A DNA stretch of 64,000 nucleotides, taken from the NCBI GenBank assembly GCA_965612735.1, contig CBFDSV010000010.1, positions 268 through 64,267 on the forward strand, written 5' to 3'. The DNA is from an uncultured bacterium. GTDB lineage: Bacteria > Hydrothermota > UBA3072 > B12-G15. The notes under the pieces were generated by a model. That model was not told the origin of the DNA and made no database searches. It worked only from the letters and a program-made list of their open reading frames with translations. A program made the translations under genes and the position numbers. Positions 47,962 to 58,100 of this stretch are shown piece after piece. The first letter of the stretch is position 1. The number at the start of each line of letters is the position of its first letter.

Positions 47962-48845
47962 AGAGACACCTGGGGGACTATGCCTTCATAGTCCCCTTTC
48001 TATCCATCTTTCTCATATTCCTTGCATTCCCCGTGATCTATGCAGTTTACTTGAGTCTACACAGGGTTGAAAACCTGTACAATGTGTTTGGTGGACTCAC
48101 CTTTGTTGGGATCGGCAACTATATAATGCTCTTTAAGGACATCAGGTTCTGGTGGTCTTTATTGATAACATTCTACTACGCAATCCTCTCAATACCTGCT
48201 GGAATATTCTTCTCCCTTATTCTTGCGTCCCTCCTGAACAACAGGTTAAAGGGTGTTACAATCTACAGGAGCGCATTTTTCCTCCCATATATCCTTGATG
48301 TATTCGTTGTTGGTATTGTATGGACATTCCTGTACAGTTCACCCTATGGTATAGTAACCAGACTCCTCGCAAGGATAGGACTCCACACTCCTGGCCTCCT
48401 ATCCAACCCAAAGACTGCACTTCCTGCAGTGGTACTTGCAATGACACTGAAGAACAGCGGATTTGGCATGATACTTTTCCTCTCCACCATGCAGAACATC
48501 TCTCCATCACTTTACGAGGCAGCAATGATTGATGGTGCATCCGCATACACTAGATTTAGACACATCACAATCCCCATGCTGAAACCAGTTATCCTATTTA
48601 TGGTGATAATAGGGTTTATAGGGGCACTTTCAGCCTTTGCAGAATTTTATGCCACCACAGGGGGAGGACCAAGTGTTGTTGTTGCAGGAAGGAGTCTGGG
48701 TGCAACAGAGGTATCCGGTCTGTACCTTTACAGAAATTTTGAGGCACTGAAACTGGGGTATGCTGCATCCATCTCCTTCATTCTCCTGCTAATCACCCTT
48801 GTATTCTCATACATCAGTTCAGGTATCATGAGGGAAAGACTATGA
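47958..48845 (+). CDS. Carbohydrate ABC transporter permease (MalF/UgpA-type)
   Basis: Six TM segments and the EAA loop (YEAAMIDGASAYTRFRHITIP). Confidence 0.8.
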   Translation: MKRHLGDYAFIVPFLSIFLIFLAFPVIYAVYLSLHRVENLYNVFGGLTFVGIGNYIMLFKDIRFWWSLLITFYYAILSIPAGIFFSLILASLLNNRLKGVTIYRSAFFLPYILDVFVVGIVWTFLYSSPYGIVTRLLARIGLHTPGLLSNPKTALPAVVLAMTLKNSGFGMILFLSTMQNISPSLYEAAMIDGASAYTRFRHITIPMLKPVILFMVIIGFIGALSAFAEFYATTGGGPSVVVAGRSLGATEVSGLYLYRNFEALKLGYAASISFILLLITLVFSYISSGIMRERL

Positions 48846-49645
48846 AGAAATTCTTCCTCTATTTCCTTCTAACAACCCTTGCCCTGATTGTCCTCTTCCC
48901 ATTTATCTGGATGCTCATAACCGCATTCAAGCCTGAACCTGAGGCATTATCCCTGAACCTTTTTCCACAACATCCCACCATACAGAATTTTGTAAAGGTT
49001 ATAAGGAATTTTTCCTTTGGAAGATACTTTTTGAACAGTCTTATTGTTGCAACATCCGCTGGTATCCTTGCAACCCTCTTTGCCACACTTGCTGCATACC
49101 CAATGGCAAAGAAGGAATTTCCAGGAAAGAAGTTTCTCTTTGGTGCATTCCTTTCATCAATGATGATACCTGGGCTCATGTATATGATTCCCCAGTTTGC
49201 TATTGTGAGTAAGTTTGGATGGATTAATACCTATTTTGCAATGGTTGTCCCCCACCTTGCCAATGTCTTCGGTCTTTTTCTCATGGTTCAATATATGAAG
49301 ACTCTTCCGGATTCCCTGATTGAGGCAGCAAGGATTGACGGTGCAAGTGAGTTCAGAATCTTTTATTCAATCATTGTTCCACTCTCAATGCCCATCATAA
49401 TAACAATCTTCCTCCTCACATTCCAGTTCCACTGGAACAACTTCCTCTGGCAGTTGATTGTGACAAACACTGAAAGGATGTATACAGTACCAGTTGGTCT
49501 TGCCATGTTCAGGAGTGCACATGAAGAGATGTATGCCTTGAAAATGGCCGCATCAACCATCTCAATAATCCCCATTGCTGTAATATTTCTATTTGCACAG
49601 AGATACTTTATAGAGGGTATCACATCCGGTGCAGTGAAGGGTTAA
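48842..49645 (+). CDS. Carbohydrate ABC transporter permease (MalG/UgpE-type)
   Basis: EAA loop IEAARIDGASEFRIFYSIIVP. Translationally coupled to the preceding permease. Confidence 0.8.
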   Translation: MKKFFLYFLLTTLALIVLFPFIWMLITAFKPEPEALSLNLFPQHPTIQNFVKVIRNFSFGRYFLNSLIVATSAGILATLFATLAAYPMAKKEFPGKKFLFGAFLSSMMIPGLMYMIPQFAIVSKFGWINTYFAMVVPHLANVFGLFLMVQYMKTLPDSLIEAARIDGASEFRIFYSIIVPLSMPIIITIFLLTFQFHWNNFLWQLIVTNTERMYTVPVGLAMFRSAHEEMYALKMAASTISIIPIAVIFLFAQRYFIEGITSGAVKG

Positions 49646-51247
49646 TCACCACTTCTTTGAATATGTGAGTTTCAAGTACATCTCGTTGTAATCACCCTTT
49701 GAATTGTGATTACTGGAGAATTCAGTTCTAAACCTGAAACTACCAATTACACCAGCATCAAGTTCTGTATCACCGTAGATTGTGGTGGTGGACTCATCTC
49801 CTGTATCAAATGTTATACCAGCAGAGTTTTCAAACATTGAGATTGGGAAGTCAACGGATATATCAAGGTTCTTCATAGAAGAAACACTATCCGTGTATGT
49901 GCATCTCTGATACCCTGTTGAGATGTTTAGATTAGCCGCAGAGAGAAAGCCCATACTTAGTGATAATTGAACTCCATTTGAAACATAAGGGGTTGTTGTA
50001 TCACTGTATGCATTGTTTGAATAGGTCAGGTTGACTGAATTATTCAGGGATGCAACCCTGAAAAACATACCTGTGGAGATGGTTAAAAGGTCGTAACCTC
50101 TTTCTCCACCACCCTCAAGGTCTGTCTCCCTGTAAGGGCTGTACAGTATATTTATATAGGGAAGGTGTGGAATAAAGACACCTGCCTGGAATGTAAAGGT
50201 TCTGAACCTGGTGGTTGTTGTTATCCCCGCTGTGTTGTTGTAATCATTGTTCATTGCAAACATAAATGTTAAGAGGCTTGAAAAACCTGTGTTCAACTGG
50301 ATGTCAAAGCCCCTTCTATCCTTTCTCAACTGCGGATTTCCCGATGTGGTGAACCCTGGTCCAACATATCTGTACCCAAAGGAAAGTGAAGTGGAGCCAA
50401 ATCCAAGCCCTGAAACAATTGAGTATGCATAATCAAAGGAGGTACTTATATTGGGATGAAAATTGCTGGATATCCATTCAGGAAACTCCTCAACATACTC
50501 CTGTTTTATTGTCCTGTCCCTTGTATACTGGGAGACAGCCCCTTCTGTTTTTATGTAAAATGGACTCCCCTCTGAAAAAATCTGGATTTCAGCACCCAGA
50601 ACAAAGTTCTCCTCAGGGGATAGGACAAGTGTTGTATCACTATCACCGTAGGCCTTATAAAAATCAGGGATAGAGCCTGAATCATCCCATGTATGGAGAA
50701 AATTCACAAAGAAATGCCCACCCTCTTCCTTACCAAATCCCACTTTAAGCCCCAGTGCATTCCTGGTGTATGTCCCGTCTGTTGTATCAGAACCAGCAAC
50801 CGCCCTCTTCATCCTTCCACCTGCACCAGCAAGGAAGAAAATCCATGGGTTGAATTTTATAGAAAGCCCATTAACAGGAACACCCTTCAATGTATAATCA
50901 GAGTATTCTGGATAGGAAGTACCAATCTCAATCCCTGATATGGAGAAAACAAAATTTGGTGCCTTTGCCATCCCTTTGATAAGTTTTGATGGTTGCAAAA
51001 GAATCCTGTACTTGTTTATTGCCTGCCTTAATGAACTCTCTTCGGATGAGATGAGTGTATTTATTGACAGTGGCATACCAAAGATCTTCCACTCCGGGTC
51101 AAACATGAATCTGTAAATGGGTCTACCATCCTCATCAGGTGAAGGCACGGGGAAGAACTCTGCCTCAATCCCCAGACTTCCATGGAAACTGAAGAGTTCT
51201 CCTAAAAGCAAAATGGGAAGTAAAAACACAACAATGGCCCTATTCAT
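49646..51247 (-). CDS. Predicted outer-membrane beta-barrel protein, unknown family
   Basis: Signal peptide, alternating hydrophobic beta-strand pattern throughout 533 aa, aromatic C-terminal residue (…YSKKW), no POTRA or plug motifs. Last gene of the four-gene coupled operon. Confidence 0.5.
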   Translation of the reverse strand: MNRAIVVFLLPILLLGELFSFHGSLGIEAEFFPVPSPDEDGRPIYRFMFDPEWKIFGMPLSINTLISSEESSLRQAINKYRILLQPSKLIKGMAKAPNFVFSISGIEIGTSYPEYSDYTLKGVPVNGLSIKFNPWIFFLAGAGGRMKRAVAGSDTTDGTYTRNALGLKVGFGKEEGGHFFVNFLHTWDDSGSIPDFYKAYGDSDTTLVLSPEENFVLGAEIQIFSEGSPFYIKTEGAVSQYTRDRTIKQEYVEEFPEWISSNFHPNISTSFDYAYSIVSGLGFGSTSLSFGYRYVGPGFTTSGNPQLRKDRRGFDIQLNTGFSSLLTFMFAMNNDYNNTAGITTTTRFRTFTFQAGVFIPHLPYINILYSPYRETDLEGGGERGYDLLTISTGMFFRVASLNNSVNLTYSNNAYSDTTTPYVSNGVQLSLSMGFLSAANLNISTGYQRCTYTDSVSSMKNLDISVDFPISMFENSAGITFDTGDESTTTIYGDTELDAGVIGSFRFRTEFSSNHNSKGDYNEMYLKLTYSKKW

Positions 51248-52764
51248 TTCATCTTCCTGATTTTGTATTCCCTTATCTTTATATTCTTTTTATCCAGTTT
51301 CTTCCAGTTATCAGGGGCAATCAACTGGAACTTATCACCTGTGAACCTCACCCCCTTTGTCTCAACTTCTTTCCTCTTACCCTCTTTTATCTCAGCAACC
51401 TTCAGGTCACACACAATCTCCCTCTTTCCTGCCTTCACCAGAAGACCCTTCACATCCTCGGTAATCTTCAGAAAAACAGGATTGTCCCTTTCAATCTTCA
51501 CATTCTTCAAAGTGAATGACCTGTACCTGTCTTCCCTGGGAAGTTTCTTTGTTATCTCAATATCAAAACTTGGCCTTCCCCTCTTTGTCTTAACAAGCAC
51601 CTCACCCCTCTTTTTTCCTGCAATTCCGATTTTTATCTCATCCTTACCCCTTCCTGAACCCTTTGCCTCAATCCTGATAATGTCCCTTCCACCAGCCATG
51701 GTGAACTTATAATTCCCCTTTTTGGGTGTTACCTTTATGTTGAACTCCTTTGCTGGAGCACCTCTGAAGAAGTAGATTTCAACAGTTTTACCCTTCCCTG
51801 GCCTTCCACCTATGAATGGCATCCTCACTATGTTCCTTATCCTCTTTGCTGGGTTCTTCTCTATATCAGAATACCTCAAATGCTCCCCTGCCTCTGTTTT
51901 ATACAGTCTGTGTCCCTCATTATCTGTAATCTGGGATACAGACGCACCAGCAAGGAACAGACCATTCAATTCATCAAGAATTGCGCCAAGTTCAAGTGGA
52001 TTTCTTGATGCATCCCTCACAACGGATATGGGTGTGACGAATATCATTCCGTCTGGTGAACGCCATATACTATCATTCGCCATTCTAAATTCCCAATCAC
52101 CAGACGGTTTTATCTCTATATAATTGCTATCATGCAGATAATAACTTGAATCCTCAGGGAAGAACCTGTTTGAATCGTAAACATAGATATACTTATTCCC
52201 ACCGCGTTCCTCTGTTCTGTATGGAACAATTGTGTGACCCACAAGGCTGTAATCCTTCACCAAGGTCAACATGGGTGGGTCATCCTTTGCCATGTAATAC
52301 TTTATCTGGTCATAGGCATACAGGGCATCATGAAGATGATGACCATTGAATATATCAATAAGCCAGTTTATACCTGCATGGCTCCACTCATGGCACTGCA
52401 TTATGATAATCGCATTCCTCAATGTTGTATCAGCAGGCCCGGCAGTGTCACCTTCAAAAACATATATGGGTCTGCAAAAACCCATGTGCCCTTCTTCATG
52501 GAGAATAAGCAGGCTCAAGAGAGACATGCCAAAGCAGTTTCCCGCAGCAACTGCAAATGCAGCGTTGTATGCTGCATAGAATGCCTGGTCCATGGGGTCT
52601 GCTGGATTTATGCCTATGTAAGATTTTTCAAACAACTCCCAGGGAAGATGGGTGATGCCAAAGTTCTCAAAGTGCCACCCATTTATCTTTGCATAATCAT
52701 CACCCATAACAGGCAATGAAATCAAAACAGTTAAAACTATCAAAATAGACATTGACCTTTTCAT
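51244..52764 (-). CDS. Secreted hypothetical protein with putative thiol/metal hydrolase-like N-domain and Lys/Arg-rich C-terminal tail
   Basis: GGAGGG RBS then MKRSMSILIVLTVLISLPVMG. N-domain has GNCFGMS (GxCxG) next to HEEGH (HExxH-like) plus CHEWSH. The final ~150 aa are ~30% K/R. Confidence 0.45.
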   Translation of the reverse strand: MKRSMSILIVLTVLISLPVMGDDYAKINGWHFENFGITHLPWELFEKSYIGINPADPMDQAFYAAYNAAFAVAAGNCFGMSLLSLLILHEEGHMGFCRPIYVFEGDTAGPADTTLRNAIIIMQCHEWSHAGINWLIDIFNGHHLHDALYAYDQIKYYMAKDDPPMLTLVKDYSLVGHTIVPYRTEERGGNKYIYVYDSNRFFPEDSSYYLHDSNYIEIKPSGDWEFRMANDSIWRSPDGMIFVTPISVVRDASRNPLELGAILDELNGLFLAGASVSQITDNEGHRLYKTEAGEHLRYSDIEKNPAKRIRNIVRMPFIGGRPGKGKTVEIYFFRGAPAKEFNIKVTPKKGNYKFTMAGGRDIIRIEAKGSGRGKDEIKIGIAGKKRGEVLVKTKRGRPSFDIEITKKLPREDRYRSFTLKNVKIERDNPVFLKITEDVKGLLVKAGKREIVCDLKVAEIKEGKRKEVETKGVRFTGDKFQLIAPDNWKKLDKKNIKIREYKIRKMK

Positions 52765-52776
52765 ATCACCCTCCAT

Positions 52777-55149
52777 TTATGGTGAGATTACACCCTTAAC
52801 AGATGCAGAAGGCCTTGAATGATTTCCATTTTTCCCTATACACTGCACCCTGTACCAGTATTCTTTTCCCTTCACAACTGTCCTGTCCATGTATTTATTT
52901 ACCTTGAGGAGTGGACTTATCTGGATAAATCCCCTTGTGGGGTTTTCACTTCTGAACACAACAAAACCAAGATAATCATCTGAAAAACCTGGCTCCCATG
53001 TAATCTCAAGTATACACCCTTCAGCAGGGTTCACTTTAACATTGAATGGCTTGGGTGGTAGAGCAAAATCAAATGTATAGGTCTCAACTGGCACAGATGG
53101 TTCACCAATGTTTCCCAGATAATCAGCAGCCCTCACCCTGTAGTAATATGTGGTCTTTGGCTGGACTGTTGTATCAAGGAATGAGAAGATTGAATCCTCA
53201 GCCCAAATATTGGTTGCTGGTATATCCTCACAGTTGCACCCTTCAGGGAATATAAGGGAATCGCTCACCCTCACCCATGGTCCTGAAGGCCTCTCAGCCC
53301 TCTCAACAATAAATCCGAAAAGGTCCTGCACTGGTGGTGCAACCCATTCCACCTTTATTGCCCTGTTTCTTGCCTTGAGTGCTGAAATAACAGGTGGTGG
53401 AGGTGGGGTCTTCTCTCTGAGTTTCACACACACAGTCTTTGATGTATCACTTATGTTCTGACTCCTGTCAAATGCCTTCACAGAGTATCTATAACAAATG
53501 GGAGAGCCTTCAGGAACAGTATGGTCTTCATATGTGAATGTCCCTGTATCACTGATTGTGGCTATCAAACTGAGTGGATAAATCCTGTACTCCTTCTTTC
53601 TACACTCCCACTGCTTCTGTTCATTCCTCACACTCTCAACACACACACTATCACCACCACAGATACCCCTGTAAATCATATAACCTGCAAGGTCTTTTGG
53701 TGGATGGGCTGGTTTTTCCCATGTGAGTTTAATATACTTCTCGTATCCCTCTCCACGAAGATTCACTGGTGGAGGGGGTGGAGTTGTATCAGGAAGATAA
53801 CCACCAGCAGCAGCAGAAAGTGCGCTCCTATTCAATGCCATGTCTATTGTCCTCACCCTGTACCAGTAGGTCTTTTCACCTTCTGGTGACCGCAGAGATG
53901 GGTCAGTGTCCCTGAATGTTACCAGTGATGGTCCTGTATCAGGTGGCTGTGGCACGAGGGTTGCAACAATTGTGCTATCACCAAGAGAATCAGCCTTTGT
54001 GAACCTGTAAACCCTGTAACCCTTCACACCATTTATCTCCTTATTCCCCTTTATATCCTTGTTCAGCCTGTACCATCTCACAAGGAGTGCATCGGTCTGT
54101 TGAACTACTTCAACACCATACGGAACAGCAGGTGGTGTTTTATCAACAGGTTTTGCAGTCTTCCATGAACTCCATGTACCTGGCCTACCAAGTATATCGT
54201 ATGCCCTGACCCTGTAGTAATATTTCGTTCCATTGAAGGGGCCATCAATTGAATCTCCCTGAACCACATGTTTTACTGGATTACCGTTCTCATCCCATCT
54301 AACATAGTCAAGGAAACAGTAGGATTCTGGAATGGTATCACCATTTATTGTAACATTGCATTTCCCCATGGCAGTTGCCTCATTAATCCTTCTGGCAGTT
54401 CCTGTTGATTTTTTCCTCTGTATCTCAAAACCTGTTGCGTTGTCCATCTCATCCCACAGGAGTTGAACCTGATTATCACCTGGAATTGCCCTCAGGTTCG
54501 GTGGTGCAGGGAGTTTTGTTGCCTTTCCTGCAACCACCCTTACATCTGTGGCCACGACAAGCCCTTCATGCCCCTTCCTGTCAACAGCAACAATCTTATA
54601 CCAGTATGTCTTTCCATAAGTGAGATTTTCGTCCATGTATCCAAACCCCATGGCAAGTGCAATTTTGTAGTAAGCCTTTGCAAGGAACTTGACCTTTTCA
54701 AAGACCTCACCTGTATCTGGAATCACGGTCAAACTGCACGGGTCAAAGGAAACATAACCACCTGGTAGCACTTTCCTCAATCTGAATCCTCCGCCGGGTG
54801 GAAATCCTGTACCCGGTTTTCTACGTGTCTTTTCAGGCTTATAGGCAAGTGCCTTTGATATTGCGTTCCACTCCTCACTTCCTACAGGAATAATTGCCTT
54901 GAGTTTATCACAGTTTGATACCCTCCTTACCGGTGCAGAATTTATTGGTGTTGAAGGATAGGATGCAGAGAGATTGTCTTTTCTGTAAATATTGTAACCA
55001 TATGTTCCGCTCATTGGAGTCCATATCAGGAGAACAAAACTGTTTCTACCATCCTTACCACCGGTTGCATAGGCAGATGGGTAAAGGTTTAAACCCAGCA
55101 GAATTAGAAAAAGCAGTGATTTCTTAATCATATTTAAGCCTCCTTTCAT
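52777..55149 (-). CDS. Secreted multi-FN3-domain protein
   Basis: Signal peptide; about six fibronectin-III-like modules, each ending in a (T/K)YWY(R/K)V.A.D…GN.S motif, separated by TPPPPP-type linkers. The ATG overlaps the stop of the upstream giant gene. Confidence 0.55.
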   Translation of the reverse strand: MKGGLNMIKKSLLFLILLGLNLYPSAYATGGKDGRNSFVLLIWTPMSGTYGYNIYRKDNLSASYPSTPINSAPVRRVSNCDKLKAIIPVGSEEWNAISKALAYKPEKTRRKPGTGFPPGGGFRLRKVLPGGYVSFDPCSLTVIPDTGEVFEKVKFLAKAYYKIALAMGFGYMDENLTYGKTYWYKIVAVDRKGHEGLVVATDVRVVAGKATKLPAPPNLRAIPGDNQVQLLWDEMDNATGFEIQRKKSTGTARRINEATAMGKCNVTINGDTIPESYCFLDYVRWDENGNPVKHVVQGDSIDGPFNGTKYYYRVRAYDILGRPGTWSSWKTAKPVDKTPPAVPYGVEVVQQTDALLVRWYRLNKDIKGNKEINGVKGYRVYRFTKADSLGDSTIVATLVPQPPDTGPSLVTFRDTDPSLRSPEGEKTYWYRVRTIDMALNRSALSAAAGGYLPDTTPPPPPVNLRGEGYEKYIKLTWEKPAHPPKDLAGYMIYRGICGGDSVCVESVRNEQKQWECRKKEYRIYPLSLIATISDTGTFTYEDHTVPEGSPICYRYSVKAFDRSQNISDTSKTVCVKLREKTPPPPPVISALKARNRAIKVEWVAPPVQDLFGFIVERAERPSGPWVRVSDSLIFPEGCNCEDIPATNIWAEDSIFSFLDTTVQPKTTYYYRVRAADYLGNIGEPSVPVETYTFDFALPPKPFNVKVNPAEGCILEITWEPGFSDDYLGFVVFRSENPTRGFIQISPLLKVNKYMDRTVVKGKEYWYRVQCIGKNGNHSRPSASVKGVISP

Positions 55150-58100
55150 TCTATGTAAAAGCCCTGTGAGGAACTGAAACCAGCGGTAACTTCAACAGAG
55201 GCGCACATCACCCAGAGGACACATCCTTCAAGCCCCACGGTTCCCTGGAATGCAAATGGTGTTACTCCAGGGATAATTTCAAGTTCTCCCCATGCTGCGG
55301 CTGACACAAGCCCCCACAGGATTTCACCATGCAGATATATTCCCACAACAGCAACAACATAGGGAAGGGGAAGCCCTACCATGTACTGGATTGTCTCATC
55401 AGGTCCAACAACATTGAGGAACGCACCCACACCTGCGTAGATTTCAATCCCTCCAGAAAAGATACCAAAGTTCACATCAAAATTAATGTCGCCAAATCCA
55501 TAAACACCTGTCAGTTTGTCAGGAAGGTTGTCTATATTCACTCCAAATTTTCTGTTTGTACTGCTTCCATCAAGAAGAACCCATGCCTTGCTTTTTGGTG
55601 CATTCACACCCAGATAAATCCCTCCAGCAAGCCCACCACCAAGTCTGAAGCCACTTATGGTGACCGCTGCCCTGCCCTGGAGATAATATGACAGTGGTTC
55701 AATGTGCCAGTTCATCTGGCCATCAGCCTCAAGCCCTGCTGCAATTGCGCTGAAGTCTATATTCCCCTTTATCTCGCCTTCAAGGGTTGCATGGGCAAGG
55801 TCACAGGTGAGTGCAACACTTCCTGTTAATTCAACATTGCCTATACCTGTAACATCAAGAAACATTATGCCAGCCGCTCTGAACATAACCATGGTCGGGG
55901 TCACTACCATCTTCGCCTCAACACTTCCACCACCACTGGCAACAAGAATGAGCCCTTCTGTTGCCTCAATCCTCCCACCTATAACAATCCTCTTCAATTC
56001 ATCTGACTCAATGGTTGCGCACCCCCATAGACTACCAAAGGTTGTGGTGTTGTTGGAGGGTGGAAGCACAAGGGGGTGATGCTCTGAAGAAGACATGCAT
56101 ATCTGTATAATGGAACTATCCACTGTAATCTTTGAGTAAATGGGTGAACTGGAGAAAAGAGAGATTTCTGGAGTTCCTGTTCCCCTGAAACCATTCTGGT
56201 CTTCCTCATCATAACCAACCTCCTGGAACTTCATATCAGATAGACCAGACCCCCAATCCCTCTTCAGCATAAACTTTTTGGGGTCAATCTTTACATATCT
56301 TCCATAATATGGTGGGTCTGATTTATTGTACTTTGCATCGTGTATTGTTATCATCCTGTCAGGCTGTCCAAAGAACTTGATATAAACCCCACACTTTACA
56401 ACAAGTTCACCAGGTTTTGAGGGGTCATAGGAAGAGAGTGCAGCAGAATCAAGGGTGATGTAAAATCCATCAAACTTCTGATTTGCAGAATTCTGGTTGA
56501 AATAAAACCTTCCTATGTTTCCATCAGCAAGCATCTCTCCCCATATTATATTGAAACCTTTAGAGAAGTGGACCGGTTCGTATATCTCGGCATTAGTATA
56601 TATAATCTCACCCATTTTGATACTTGTTATCCCCCTCTCAGAGGATATACCCACACCCCAGTAATCAAGTTGAATGGTATCTTTGAATGCAACAAGACCC
56701 CCAACAAAACTTGCTGTGGAAGTAACACCCAATTTCCTGAATGGAAAGGCTGTTGAGGAATCCTTTGAACCCACAGGGTAAGGAATCCTGAAGTATCCTC
56801 CCAGGTCTGAATTGAAGGCAGAGTTGCCTGCAAACTGGAAAAGGAGATTCAATGTTGTATCCTTCCTGTTTCCGAGGTCTGTTCCGAGAACCGCATCAAA
56901 GGATGTTTTTGCAGCATAACCTGGTGTTCCAGGGATGCCAAGTTCCTCCTCCTGTGGTGGATAGTACTCCCTCATCCTGTTGTACTCACCTGTTACACCC
57001 TGCATTCCAATGTTCATCCATCCACACATGTAATGGCCTGTGAACCTTATTGGCTTCCTGGAATCGGGTGAATGAACAATAAGTGTATCTTTGTTTTTAA
57101 GCCTTATTGATAGTCCTGGAAGGGTATCAATACCTGTGTAACCATGGAATGTATCCCCTGATACTGGTGGCTTGAATTCAATTGGGCCTGCAATGAGTCT
57201 GAAATTTCCTTCTGTCCAGGCAAGTTCAAAACCACCCCATGCAATCCTGCTCAGTGATTTCAATTTACCTGAGATTGAAAGTGTAGTATCCACAATCAGT
57301 GTATCATAGGAGGCAACAGACTTACCACCTTTACCGTCTGAAACCCCATTCTCACCCTCTGGTAAATAAACCTTGCCTTCATAGAATCTGGCACCCGTAA
57401 CCCTGCAATTCATTATTGTGAGTTCTCCATTGTAAAGTTCTACCTTAAACCCAATGGGTTCAAGGGAAACAAAGGCCCATGGCTTGCTCAGGGTCATGTT
57501 TGCAGAAAAACCTTCAGGCCTTATTACTGCGTTTGTGAACCTGTACTCTCCATAGAGATAACCTGTGTTTGAGGTATCCATCTCTGGATTTTCAATCGTA
57601 TGCCCGCTGAGCAACGTTATTCCCACATCTGGTGTCACTCTCCTTTCAAGGTCAATCTTCAACTCTCCATCTGCCCTCACCTTTATTCCTGTACCAGAAA
57701 GCACAAACACAGGGACATCTGCAGGTGTTAATTCTCTGTAAAATTCTATCAATGGCTTTGTTTTCTGCTTGAATGGACCAAACTTGAACCCACCGCATCC
57801 TGTATCTGAGGCAAGACAGGTTGGTGAAACACTCAATGTTACATTCGCAGAATCTGGCCAGAGATGAACCCTGTGGAGGAGAACAGGATAACCATATACC
57901 TCTACTCTTGCTGGAGGACTGAAATCTTTAACAATCTCTCCCTCTGTCACTGTTATTGTATCTGGAGAGGATTGTGTTCCCTTAAGGTTTGAAAAACTCA
58001 CATTGAATTTATACTGTACTGCAATTATTGGTGGGGCTGCTGGATTGGTGTAGTTTCTTATTGTCTGAATAACATATGTTTCACCACTTCCCGAGAGTGA

